In this document: piece after piece, positions 38,393 through 50,534 of the stretch | How positions within the stretch are numbered: the first letter of the stretch is position 1 | Layout: every line of letters begins with the position of its first letter | NCBI GenBank assembly: GCA_002269645.1 | Contig: NIVC01002282.1 | Coordinates: 62,001-126,000, forward strand | Direction of reading: 5' to 3' | Source of the DNA: Macrostomum lignano | Taxonomy: Eukaryota | DNA: 64,000 nucleotides | The notes under the pieces: model-generated | What the model saw: only the letters and a program-made list of their open reading frames with translations | What the model was told of the DNA's origin: nothing | Database searches by the model: none | Translations under genes and position numbers: made by a program

Positions 38393-39869
38393 ATTAGATA
38401 TGAACTGATTCGTAAGTCAATTTTAACCCAACGTTTTTTTCAAGGTTTCTAAACAAGTGTATTGCCTAACTTATTGAAACTCGTATCATTTCCCACAGCT
38501 GTTTTGGAATCATCGATCAGCTGCTTTGATTTCTCGACTCCGCCTCGCAGGGCTCGCATGCATCTACCGAAAAAAACTACTAGCTTATTCGACTGTGAAC
38601 TGGCAATATCAATACACAAAGACAGAGACTGAAACATCGAGAACGCTAGACTGTTTTTTTCTCTGTTCTGCTTTGCTCTCTTTGTTTTGCTTTGTTGAAC
38701 CAAGATTTATAGCTATATAGCTAATAGAAATCGTGGGACCCATTTTATTCATGGTCTGTGAACCCTGCTGGCCTGGACATGCCTGGATCAAACAGAGGCT
38801 CGAAATAAGCTTTTTTCTTATGGGGGTGGGGTATAACGAGACAGAGGCAGCTGTTGTGGCCATAAAAAATGTCGGCTCGACAGGCTTTGAGTTGCTCCGC
38901 TACACGATATATCTCTCTCGCAATTCAGTTCGAAATAAAATTGATACATACTTCCCCACCAACACACTGCCCGCTTCTTTGCTATCTATCAAACAGGCCT
39001 TTTCTGTTCGAACTCAGTCTCCCATAAAGTAAACAACTATATAACTTAGATTTTAGCTCAGTTCTAGCCCACAGACCTGCTTCTATCTGCTTCCATGAAT
39101 GGCTTCGAAAAGGAACACTTTTGGCGCAGCCAGAAATTTGAATCCACTTGGAGAGTGGAGGGAGTGGGCCTGTACAATATCGAAAATATACGATTCCCCA
39201 TTCCCTTGCATATTTTCTGTATCCCCTGTCACCCTTTTGCTGCGTTAACACCAGTACACCAGTGAATAGAGAGGCCAGCTAAATTTCCAAGACACTGCAG
39301 ATCCGAACCGTCAAGAGAGCTTTTTTCTGAAAATAAAGTTCGTTCATTTCTTGACACTGAGTTAGGTGTGTCAATAATTTCAGCATTAACGACAGTTAGA
39401 TTTATCAAATTTGAGTGTTGAGAACTATGTGTTTGAATAATTAAACTAACTTTTTATCAATATGTTTCATTAACTGGTTACTAACTCTTTTAAGGCTTAT
39501 TAAGCCGTTAATACCCATGTGAATGTTACAGTAACTATATTTTTTACGTTTTAATTACAAAGTTTAGCCTTTCAACAACAACGCTTAATCTGTTTTGCAT
39601 GCTTGTCCTGTCTTACATTTACTACAATGAACAACAGTATCTGCTTGTAACTAACTGTACTTCGAGATTTGTGTGTCGTCTGAAACGAAAGAGTTGATAT
39701 TTTTAGCGTGAGTTACAAACGTACAAATATTACAAACTCAATAAAAATTTACAACCGCAACAAATTCACGGGGCGCTTTCATTAGGCAAAAATTTCACTT
39801 TGCTGAAAAGCACTCTCTTTCACTAGGCCGAACCTTATGTAAGAGCGTGCTCGGCAATGTGAAGTTCCT

Positions 39870-40620
39870 CTATCCTCTCTACCCTCTCTCCTTTCTACCC
39901 TCTCTTCTCTACCCTCTCTTCTCTACCCTCTCTCTTCTCTACCCTCTCTCCTCTCTACCCTCTCCTCTCTACCCTCTCTCTTCTCTACCCTCTCTTTTCT
40001 CTACCCTCTCTCTTCTCTACCCTCTCTCTTCTCTACCCTCTCTCTTCTCTACCCTCTCTCTTCTCTACCCTCTCTCTTCTCTACCCTCTCTCCTCTCTAC
40101 CCTCTCTTCTCTACCCTCTCTCCTCTCTACCCTCTCTTCTCTACCCTCTCTCTTCTCTACCCTCTCTCTTCTCTACCCTCTCTCTTCTCTACCCTCTCTC
40201 CTCTCTACCCTCTCTCCTCTCTACCCTCTCCTCTCTACCCTCTCTCCTCTCTACCCTCTCTTCTCTACCCTCTCTCCTCTCTACCCTCTCTTCTCTACCC
40301 TCTCTCTTCTCTACCCTCTCTCTTCTCTACCCTCTCTCTTCTCTACCCTCTCTCCTCTCTACCCTCTCTTCTCTACCCTCTCTCTTCTCTACCCTCTCTC
40401 TTCTCTACCCTCTCTTCTCTACCGTCTCTCTTCTCTACCCTCTCTCCTCTCTACCCTTTCTCCTCTCTACCCTCTCTCCTCTCTCCCTATTTCTTCTTTC
40501 TCTTCCTTCTCTCCTCTCCTCCCTCTCTCCCTTCTCTCGTCTCTTCCCTCTTTTCTCCTCTTGTCTTCTTTCTTATCTCATCTCTCTCTGTCTCTGTCTC
40601 TCTCTGTCTCTCGATTGCGC
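39870..40620. repeat. Pyrimidine-rich repeat CTCTACCCTCTCT(CT)T grading into (CT)n
   Basis: Tandem 14-18-bp units inside the CACTA element, followed by an AG-rich tract at about 40730-41060. Confidence 0.93.
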
Positions 40621-43440
40621 CTTGATATGTTTTCTGTCTAAACATGGAGTCTCAGCTTCATAACTCAATCAGGACAGGACAGAAACTATGAGCATGTGAA
40701 GTTTGCCTGATTTTTATCTATTCTTTCGCCTGTGGAGTAGTAGAGCAGTTAGAGAAAACAGGGAAACATAGAAAGCTATAGAAAACAGAGGGAGAGAGAC
40801 GAGATGAAAAAGCAGTAGACAAGAAGACAGATAGAGCAGCACAGAGGACAGATGAAAGGGAGGCAGGGCAGATGCAAGAGAGGGAGGATGAAAAAGGTAC
40901 AGCGGAAGAGAAGACCGGGATAACAGAGTGAGAGTATAGACAGATCGAAGGGGGGAGGGAGAACAGTGTGAACAAAGGGAGAGAGGAGAGTAGACAGATA
41001 GAAGGGACTGAGGAATAGGTTGAGAGAGGACAGATGGAGAGAAAAAGAGACAGTAGAATCTTGCTTAAATAAACCGACGGAATCGAAATCGTAGACCTTG
41101 TTTGGTTTTTCCTAACTTCCATTGCACTAGCTATTTAAATATTTTTTGTTAGATTTTAAATCAAAGAAGCAAAAGAGATACAGGGTTCCAAATTCTGTGG
41201 GTTTAAATTCCAGATGTTAAAGCAGCGTGTTTTCACCAAAACAAATATATAAATAATCAATAGTTAGTTTTGCCTGCAGAGAAATATCCAAGCTGCGCAA
41301 TGGCATCCAGGAATAAAAAATCTGCGATTTTAGTGGACACTACTCAAAGCTGTAACAGCTGCTGCAGCATTTTTCAGATCATTGATTATGGATTTCTGGC
41401 CAACAGGAACAGCATGAAGTCAAGCATTGCAGACACTACTCGTAGTTTCACCCAGTGAGGAGCACTTAATTCTACTTCTAAGGGGCATTTTAAGCCGGCA
41501 TGTTCGATCAGCAGGTTTAGCAGCAATTAAAAATAGATGGCAAAGACAAGCTCACTTTCTAAAAGCGCAAATATTTAATATTTATCGTCTATTTGATGCT
41601 TTTAATCTTCTTTCGACTGCAAACAAAAATTTGTTCTCGGGGGGCCTGCAACTCTACGCTACTAAAAGTAGTCTGATGCGCATTTAAATTTTTATTAAAC
41701 TCTACACATCTTTCCGGAAAAATAATTTCACAATGTTGGCACTAGGCAACAGCAAATATTTCCCTAACGTTTATTGTAAAGAGTAGCCACCTATTATTGT
41801 GATAAAAAACGGTTCTCCCGCTAAGCTGTAAGGGCAATGCTATTAAATAAAGCTGCCTTGAACATGAAACATGCCAAATTTAGGTTGCCGCCTCATAGGC
41901 CGCCCGGCGATCACCGGGCGGCTTCGATTAGGATTTAAAAAATCGTACTTATTAAGGCGAAATAAAGTATTACGATTACAAAATCACAATTTCTCATTGA
42001 AAAATCAGATCATCCTTCATTGTAAAGTGAAAATAAAAATATTTACTGACTGCCCTCACAGGCGGTCGCGAGGGCGCACACCGCCCACTGTACGCCCCAC
42101 TTAGTTGTCCCACTGGGTTGAAAGTGATTGAAATTCATCAGTATAAAAAATCTTTACTTTCATGGTTTGCCAGAATCAAAAGGGAGATAGTTTATGCTAG
42201 TATCCTTGGTAGTCGCTAGTAAGCATTCTAGGTAGCGCTTCAAGATAATGATGCTATACATTTTTACTTGCTTGCAATCAGTAGTAACACTTTGTTTAAG
42301 TAAAATTGACCACAATTTTTCAATGGCAAACGTGGCAAGTAAGCATATTTATGCTCCCTGCTATCAGGCTTAAACAGAATTCAATCTTTATTTATTAGAA
42401 TAAACATCTTAAAGTAAAGTAAAGAAAATCTCAATAAATTAATAGTAATAAATTAAATGCTTAAAAGTGCACAAATTTAAAAGTTAGACAAAGCCAAAAG
42501 ATTCAAAGATCTTATAAGATAAAAAGTTAATGGTTTGATTTATATATTGTATATAATTAATGAAATAGGCTTTATTCTTTAGAATAGAACGTTTTCCTAG
42601 AAAGTATTGCATTTGAAATTAGGCTACTTTGATTTAATGTGTATAATATTAGAAATATTGTGAATAAAATGAATATTATAAAATATTATTTGTTTTAAAC
42701 CATACTGAAAAGGGGTATAAATATACAAGCTGTCAGCAAAAGAAAAGGCAACTTGCTATTTGCTTACAATTTGTTCCAGTATCTTAAATTGAAGCTTGAG
42801 CAATACTTACTAACTTACTTATTTAGAAGCATCAAAAGCCCCAAGATTGGGAGAATTCAATCCATTCTTAGAGAATGAGATATCCAGGTTTAGAATCTGA
42901 GAAATCGCCTTTAGAAGGCAGTAATCCTACCACAGGGTAAAGTAATCCAGACTCAGAGTCTAAGAAACCTGCCTCAGGGCAGAATACCCAACAAGTAAGC
43001 TGTGACCCTCTGATCCTAGGAACACCAAGGACTGAGAGAATAAAAAAATCTTAGAATATAGAAATAGGTTAGACAGACATTAGACTGCTCAGGTGAAAAG
43101 TATGGTACATATACATATACTACCAGTAGATAAATACATGTGCTACCAGTGGATATATACACTATCAGAAGTACAACATCTGTAAAAGTACAAGTATTAT
43201 AAGAACTATTAGTAAAATCTTGGAGACTTAACAGAGAGATTTTAATAGAGAGAAGTTAGCACTGTGAAAACTTGGTAACCCCTGATGCAGGGGTCACTGA
43301 GTAACCCCTGCATCAAATGCACAAAAAAGATTAAACTTCATAAAACTCAATAAAGTTAAAATCTATTTATGCATAGTAAATTTTTTATGCCCTGATTTAA
43401 ACAGACAATATAATAAAAAGTCAAGCTTAGCAAAATACCA

Positions 43441-43837
43441 ATGCCAGCGCCAGTTGAATTACCTGGGCAGGAAAGTCTGCAGATGTACTTCGATTGGGTG
43501 CAGCTCCATCGTCAGACAATGACAGCCGCTGTTGATAAGGAAGTCTCCGATTGGCGTTGCGGCAAAACGCCACAACCTGCGGCCGCTAACGCCTCTGTCA
43601 GCTCGTCAGCCAGCGCTACTAAGAAAACTTTGCCAAAGCAGTCGAAAGGGAGAGTTCGTCAGATTCGGGTCTGACAGCTGGCGGGTGCGCGAAGCGCTCG
43701 CCTCCGAATAGCTACGACACATTGCCTACTCAGTTTGAGTGTCGGCAATTTCTGTGCCATCTGGAAGACTCCGCCAGCCAGTTGGAGGCTGCCATCGCAG
43801 CTCCCGGTGACTGCTCAGCTGGGGACTTAAAGAAAAG
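43441..43837 (+). CDS. ESPL1: Probable 5' exons of separase (43441-43668 and 43734-43837)
   Basis: ATG at 43441 opens a 77-codon ORF. A 65-nt GT-AG intron (43669-43733, weak donor) moves it into a frame ending aag aaa ag|gtaaaa, whose phase 2 matches the acceptor at 46486. No recognisable conserved motif. Confidence 0.45.
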
Positions 43838-43899
43838 GTAAAAGAGAATATGAGTGCATAAAGCATTGAGCCTTTAATATCTCTCAATAAACTTTTTTT

Positions 43900-46450
43900 A
43901 GAAAAATCGCCCATAGACACTGTGAGATTCTTCCATAGACACCGTGAAAATCGCCCATAGATACACCGTGAGAATCAATCATAGACAACCTGAGAATCGC
44001 CCAATAGCCATAGAGACTGTGAGATTCGCCCATAGACACTGAGATTCGCCCATACTTACTTACTACTGACGGGGGGCGCAGGCGCCGCTAATAGGCCGTG
44101 AGGCCCCTATCGCAACCCCAAGGTAAAAGAGCACAAGGATTAACCCTGGGGGTGCACCCAGTCCCCGCCAGTAGTCGGCAGGTTCGCAGTGGAGGCATCG
44201 GCGACCCTCATCCGGCCGGAGTCCCGGACGAAGGCGCGAAGGTCACGGATATTGTCCGGGGTGGTCAGCTCGTCCATCCGCTGGGGGTGGCCAAGGTATT
44301 TATGCCGCGCCTTGTTGAAGTAAGGGCAGAAGGTGACGTGATGCTCGTTGCCCAGTATGTTGCTGTGACTGGGTGTCCAGATAATTCTAATCCTGTTAAG
44401 GACTGAGAGAGATTGCACACTGCGGTGACATTGAGATACTGTAGCAGCGGAGATATTCTCAGTGGTTAAGGGCTTAATAGCAAGCTTGGCTATCAGTGTT
44501 AAAGTTAATATTGAAGTTATTAATATTCGCCTGGAGCAGGTGCTGGGCGTACTGCTCAATGGCGCAAATTTCAGCTTGTAAAACCGAGATGTTCTCACCG
44601 AGGTGCAGACTTTTCTGGAAGAGCATCTTACCCTCGTGGAAAATGACAATACCCGCTCCAGCGCGGCCGTTGAACAGCGAGCTGTCGGTGAAGCAGTGAA
44701 TGCCCTGGCTGCGCAGGTTCACGCCGACATCCAGCGGAATGCTGTCTCGGCCAGGGATGGCGGCCTGGAAGCTCCTCCTGATGTTGAGAGCGGGGAGGCG
44801 ACTATCCACATTGTCCAGGTCCATGGGGATGTTGTTGAGGTCGCGGCGCACAAAATCCATATGCGGGATTAGGGTTTTCATTGGCACGAAGCCAGAGGGT
44901 GCGTTATTTAACGTTTTATCTCTGATAAGTCGAGAGGCGGACTTCATGGCCTCCGCCCTAATAAATAGGTAAAGTTAGGACCATGCACATCTCCCTGAGG
45001 TCGGTTCTATTAAGCGAAATCAGATAATCAGAGACTTTCCCGTTCAGGTTAGGCATGGCAGAGCGGGTTTGCCTGTACTCGGTGCAGCTGTTCCAGTGGA
45101 GCTGGTGCTGCTGATGGAGCCACCTGTTGATATGGCGGGTGACTTGCGACCTGGGGGTGGGTAGCCTCATCAGACGGTGGTTGCCGTCTGGGTTGCTGCC
45201 CTCCTTGGCGAGAGAGTCCGCGAGCTCGTTGCCCAGGATGTTGCTGTGACCAGGTGTCCAGATAATTCTAATCCTGTTAAAGACTGAGAGGGATTGCACA
45301 CTGTGGTGGCATTGAGATACTGTAGCAGTGGAGATAATCTCAGTGGTTAAGGCCTTAATAGCAGCTTGGCTATCAGTGTAAAAATGAATATTGAAGTTAT
45401 TAATGTTCGCCTGGAGTAGGTGCTTGGCGCATTGCTCAATGGCGCGAATTTCAGCTTGGAAAACCGAGGTATTCTCACCGAGGTGCAGAATTTTGCCCAT
45501 AGAGACTGCGAGATTCGCCCATAGACACTGTTAGAATCGCCCATAGTCTCACTGGGAGAATCGCCCATAGTCTCACTGGGAGAATCGCCCATAGTCGCAC
45601 TGGGAGAATCGCCCATGGACACGTGAGAATCGCCCATAGACACTGTTAGAATCGCCCATAGTCGCACTGGGAGAATCGCCCATAGTCTCACTGGGAGAAT
45701 CGCCCATAGTCTCACTGGGAGAATCGCCCATAGTCGCACTGGGAGAATCGCCCATAGTCTCACTGGGAGAATCGCCCATAGTCTCACTGGGAGAATCGCC
45801 CATAGTCGCACTGGGAGAATCGCCCATGGACACGTGAGAATCGCCCATAGACACTGTTAGAATCGCCCATAGTCGCACTGGGAGAATCGCCCATAGTCTC
45901 ACTGGGAGAATCGCCCATAGTCTCACTGGGAGAATCGCCCATAGTCGCACTGGGAGAATCGCCCATAGTCGCACTGGGAGAATCGCCCATAGTCTCACTG
46001 GGAGAATCGCCCATAGTCGCACTGGGAGAATCGCCCATAGTCTCACTGGGAGAATCGCCCATAGTCGCACTGGGAGAATCGCCCATAGTCTCACTGGGAG
46101 AATCGCCCATAGTCGCACTGGGAGAATCGCCCATGGTCTCACTAGGAGAATCGCCCATAGTCGCACTGGGAGAATCGCCCATAGACACGTGAGAATCGCC
46201 CATAGACACGTGAGAATCGCCCATAGACATCCTAAGTTCTCCCATAGACACAGTGAGAGTCGCCCATAGACACCCTAAGATTCGCCCATAGACACGTGAG
46301 AATCGCCCATAGACACGTGAGAATCGCCCATAGACACCCTAAGATTCGCCCATAGACACGTGAGAATCGCCCATAGACACGTGAGAATTGCCCATAGACA
46401 CCCTAAGTTCTCCCATAGACAGTGAAAATCGCCCATAGACACCCTGTGAG
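43900..46450. repeat. GAGAATCGCCCATAG-core minisatellite (19-24-bp units), split by the LINE insertion
   Basis: The same core occurs at 43900-44054 and 45495-46450. Confidence 0.93.
44053..45500 (-). mobile_element. Non-LTR retrotransposon 3' fragments with RNase H (two truncated copies in tandem)
   Basis: Two RNase H segments: [12 protein letters not shown]...[12 protein letters not shown]...[23 protein letters not shown] and CFTDSS...GAG...[13 protein letters not shown]...TDSQA...[15 protein letters not shown]-terminal H...CP remnant. 3' tail gtagtaagtaagta at about 44053-44066. RNase H-bearing LINE (I/Loa/R1-like group by inference). Confidence 0.88.
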
Positions 46451-46486
46451 AATCGCTCGCAGTCTGCCATCCAAATCCTACTGCAG

Positions 46487-47033
46487 GCAGCAGTATCAGC
46501 AGGCTCAACCGCCACAGCTGCCACCGCCTCGAGCCGTTCTTGACCGTCTCAGTCTGCTAGAAGCTCTGGCCGAATTGCACGAAGCCGACGACTTGACCAG
46601 GCGACTGTACAGCCTGCACGCCAGCTACGCTTGCAGAACCCGCCGCGGTCGAGACTTCTGGCTGGTGAACTGTCGGCACCTGTTGCACCTAGCTTGGCGC
46701 GGTCGTATCGACGAATTAGCTACTCTGCGCGCCAGTTTAGAACCATTTCGTGCGCAATGTGCGCCAGGCGTTGGCGCCTACGAGCCGTCAACTCAAACCG
46801 ACGATGCTGTTAGCGGTAAAACTTCGGCCTCGTCGAACACGTGGTACCCAGAGGAGCTGATATTGGCAGATCTAGCCGAAGCGATTTGCACCGCCAGCGT
46901 CGAGGGTGGAACGCCTAAACGCTTTGCCGACGCCTGCGCTCGGCTGCGGCTGATTGTGCGCCGGCATCGAGACGATTTTGCTGGCAAAACTAGGGATCTC
47001 ATGCTGGCCAGGGCCATGCTGCTGCTCTGGCAG
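46487..47033 (+). CDS. ESPL1: Separase exon (helical N-terminal region)
   Basis: ctactgcag|g acceptor and tggcag|gtaggt donor. GC-rich, Ala/Leu-rich helical ORF, phase-linked to the downstream exons. Confidence 0.75.
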
Positions 47034-47035
47034 GT

Positions 47036-47505
47036 AGGTGGAGTGGGGTGGGTGTCTAGGCGGAGTGGGGTGGGTGTCTAGGCGGAGTGGGGTGGGTGTC
47101 TAGGCGGAGTGGGGTGGGTGTCTAGGCGGAGTGGGGAGGGTGTCTAGGTGGAGTGGGGTGGGTGTCTAGGCGGAGTGGGGTGGGTGTTTATGAGGAGTGA
47201 GGTGGGTGTCTAGGCGGAGTGAGGGGGTATCTAGGCGGAGTGGGGTGGGTGTCTAGGCGGAGTGAGGGGGTATCTAGGCGGAGTGGGGTGGGTGTCTAGG
47301 CGGAGTGGGGTAGGTGTCTTGGCGGAGTGGGGTGGGTGTCTTGGCGGAGTGGGGTGGGTGTCTTATGGGAGTGGGGTGGGTGTCTATGCGGAGTGAGGTG
47401 GGTGTCTAGGCGGATTGGGGAGGGTGTCTATGCGGAGTGGGGTGGGTGTCTTGGCGGAGTGGGAGTGGGGTGGGTGTCTTGGCGGAGTGGGGACGTGGGG
47501 TGGGT
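47036..47505. repeat. 22-bp G-rich minisatellite CTAGGCGGAGTGGGGTGGGTGT
   Basis: Begins at the separase splice donor (47034). Confidence 0.93.
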
Positions 47506-47551
47506 GGCTAGTCAGAGATATTCAAAAGTGGGTTGCTTCCACCTCTACTAG

Positions 47552-47995
47552 GTTCGCTGCCGCCTTCTCGCCGGCCCCGAACTAGATGGCGACGAGGTCG
47601 CCGTGTGGGGCGAAGATCCCGCTGACACTGCTGTCGGCGACCCAGGCGGAGCCGACCCGATGGAGCAGCTGCTGTACTTGCGCAAGCTGACCGTCTCCCT
47701 GGTGCTGCACCATTTCCGCGAGAAGACGCCATGCCAGTTGCCGGTGAAGTCGGCCGATCCATTCGCTAGGGACGCCTGGCTCAGCGTGCACCTGCTGCTG
47801 CTGTGCCGCCACCAGCTGGCCTGGCTGTTCACCTACGCTGGCGCGGTGCGGGAGAGCTGCGCATACCTGCGCGAGTGCATGCTGGCGGCTCAGTCGCTGT
47901 GCCTGCCAAGCATGGTGGCTCGGTGTCTGCTGTTGTACGCTCACCTGGATGCCGAGTGCGACAATCAGCCTGGGGCTAGGGTTCGACTGATGCAG
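47552..47995 (+). CDS. ESPL1: Separase exon (TPR-like region)
   Basis: ctctactag|gtt acceptor and atgcag|gtgagg donor. LLLCRHQLAWLFTYAGAVRESCAYLRECMLAAQSLCLP resembles the separase G...EA..YL.E.L.LAQ.L.LP segment. Confidence 0.82.
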
Positions 47996-48044
47996 GTGAG
48001 GACTGGCTGAGTTCTGTTGAGTCCTGATTAAGCAATGTTTATTC

Positions 48045-49195
48045 TGTTGACTGTGTCAGCAACCTTTGACTCTTTCTAGGAATGTGTCAGCAAGATTTGA
48101 CTCTTTCTATGAATGTGTCAGCAACCTTTGACTCTTTCTAGGAATGTATCAGCAAGATTTGACTCTTTCTAGGAATGTGTCAGCAACCTTTGACTCTTTC
48201 TATGAATGTGTCAGCAACCTTTGACTCTTTCTAGGAATGTGTCAGCAACCTTTGACTCTTTCTATGAATGTGTCAGCAACCTTTGACTCTTTTTATGAAT
48301 GTGTCAGCAACCTTTGACTCTTTCTAGGAATGTGTCAGCAACCTTTGACTCTTTCTAGGAATGTGTCAGCAACCTTTGACTCTTTCTAGGAATGTGTCAG
48401 CAACCTTTGACTCTTTCTATGAATGTGTCAGCAACCTTTGACTCTTTCTAGGAATGTGTCAGCAACCTTTGACTCTTTCTAGGAATGTGTCAACAAGATT
48501 TGACTCTTTCTAGGAATGTGTCAGCAACCTTTGACTCTTTCTATGAATGTGTCAGCAAACTTTGACTCTTTCTAGGAATGTGTCAGCAACCTTTGACTCT
48601 TTCTAGGAATGTGTCAGCAACCTTTGACTCTTTCTAGGAATGTGTCAGCAACCTTTGACTCTTTCTAGGAATGTGTCAGCAACCTTTGACTCTTTCTAGG
48701 AATGTGTCAACAAGATTTGACTCTTTCTAGGAATGTGTCAGCAACCTTTGACTCTATCTAGGAATGTGTCAGCAAGATTTGACTCTTTATATGAGTGTGT
48801 CAGCAAGATTTGACTCTTTCTAGGAATGCGTCAACAAGATTTGACTGTTTTTAGGAATTTGTCAGCAAGGTTTGACTCTTTCTATGGATGTGTCAGCAAC
48901 CTTTGACTCTTTCTAGGAATGTGTCAGCAACCTTTGACTCTTTCTAGGAATGTGTCAGCAAGATTTGACTCTTTCTATGAATGTGTCAGCAAGATTTGAC
49001 TCTTTTTATGAATGTGTCAGCAAGATTTGATTTTTTCTATGAATGTGTCAGCAAGATTTGACTCTTTCTATGAATGTGTCAGCAAGATTTGATTTTTTCT
49101 ATGAATGTGTCAGCAAGATTTGACTGTGTCTAAGAATGTCAGCAAGATTTGACTCTTTCTGGAAATGTGTCAGCAACCTTTGACTCTCTGAGAAC
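48045..49195. repeat. 31-bp minisatellite GAATGTGTCAGCAACCTTTGACTCTTTCTAG
   Basis: Period 31 (e.g. 48301 and 48332); fills the separase intron. Confidence 0.97.
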
Positions 49196-49272
49196 CTGTC
49201 AGCTACTCATCGACCGTTTGAATTTTCTTTGAATGTGTCGGACATCTTTCAAACGGTATTCGTCTCCCCCAG

Positions 49273-50504
49273 GTGGAGTTCATTCGAAGTCACAGTCGAA
49301 TTCGACAGCAATTCCAACGGCTAAACTCAAGCAGCCCTGGCAACCAGGCTACTGAGAACTGTGCTCAAACTCGTCAAACCGATGATGCAGATGATGATGA
49401 AGATGCTGATGCTGGATTCTTGGTTGCTGGGCGACTCTCTAGCGAAGACAAAGACAGCAGTAGCGGCGGCAGTGACCAAGATTTGGAGAGATCGCCGAGT
49501 GCTATGAAGCCTTCGACAGTGTCGGACAGTGATGCTGCTGGCTGGGATCTGCTTGGCGAAGCGGCCCGCGAGTTTGCCTGGCTCAGTTCCGCTATGGAGG
49601 CGAGTCGGGCAGGTTGGCGCCACGCTGAGCAGGAGAACTCAACTGTCAAAGGCGTTGAAACCGACGGGTTATTCGCCTCTCTGCTGCCGATTGCATTCAG
49701 CTCGGCAAGTCGCAGCAGTCTGGAAGTCGGCTTCGAAGGTCTAGATATTCAGCAGTCGGTTCGCGACGAGTCCGCCGATCGTCGGTCACCGTCGGCCGCT
49801 GCGATGCCGCCGCCGCCAGCGCCGCCGAAGAAGCGCGGCGCCGCCACTGACAGCACGTCGTTTTCCAAACCCGCCGCCGCTGTTGTCGACGAAGATCGCC
49901 GAGCCATCGGTCGGATTAACAAGATGTTCATGCTGCGGCAGAAGCGGATTAATCCGGCTGCCGCGTCGGCGGCACCAGCGGCTCCAGCGGCGCCTCCCAG
50001 GACGCGACGAGCCGCGGCTGCTGCCGCCTCCGCCACCGTCGCCGCTGTGTCGTCAATCGAATCCGCTCCCCAAGCCGACTTTGTGCCCCAGAATATTCTG
50101 CGCCGCCTAGAGGACACGGCAGCAGCTGGGAAGCATCATCATCGGGTTCCGGATCCAAGCAGCTCCGGCGAAGCCGAGCCGGTGGACGAAGCTGCCGTAG
50201 CAGCCGCTATTGATCGCTTGGAGTCCGCCTACAAGCTGCTCAGGTGGCTGCCGCCGCCACGCCTGTTCCGTCCGCTGTGCCAGCAGCTTGCCGTGGCCAG
50301 CTTGCACTGCGGCAGGTTGTGGGAAGCCGCTCACTACCTGTGCCGGTGTCTGCACGTGTCTGCCGGGCATTTGGACAGGGCCAACCTGAGAATGCGCTCG
50401 GCAGATCAAATACTGCGCCGGGTGCTGGCTTGCGATAGCGGGCCTGCTGGCCTGCGGGCTGCTCTGGACTATCTGCCTGCTAGCTGGAGCGTGCTGCAGA
50501 TCAG
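49273..50504 (+). CDS. ESPL1: Separase exon (long disordered insert plus helical segment)
   Basis: ctcccccag|gtg acceptor and atcag|gtatgg donor. 410 codons. Ends AALDYLPASWSVLQI, similar to the separase LP..W.V.QI motif preceding the pseudo-protease domain. Confidence 0.85.
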
Positions 50505-50534
50505 GTATGGAATTCTGCTCTGGTGTACCCGTCA

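Larger units (their letters stand above)
32680..42117. mobile_element. CACTA/EnSpm (CMC superfamily) DNA transposon, ~9.4 kb, probably near full length
   Basis: Perfect 11-bp TIR CCCAGTGGGAC (32680-90) / GTCCCACTGGG (42107-17), flanked by TT on both sides (2-bp TSD). CCGCCC/GGGCGG subterminal motifs cluster at both ends (32697-32805; 41899-41922 hairpin; 42050-42100). Encloses a CMC-type transposase and a divergent second gene. Confidence 0.78.

Noticed and set aside
39055-39115. tRNA A-box-like TAGCTCAGTT
   Set aside because: No proper B-box (GTTCRA) at the right spacing and no cloverleaf.
38449-39251. Possible third gene inside the CACTA element (short ORFs on both strands)
   Set aside because: No motif, codon-bias impression or splice chain supports a gene; left unannotated.
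43282-43314. 15-bp near-perfect hairpin TGATGCAGGGGTCAC-tga-GTAACCCCTGCATCA upstream of separase
   Set aside because: An isolated short inverted duplication without TSD or second copy; cannot be assigned a function.
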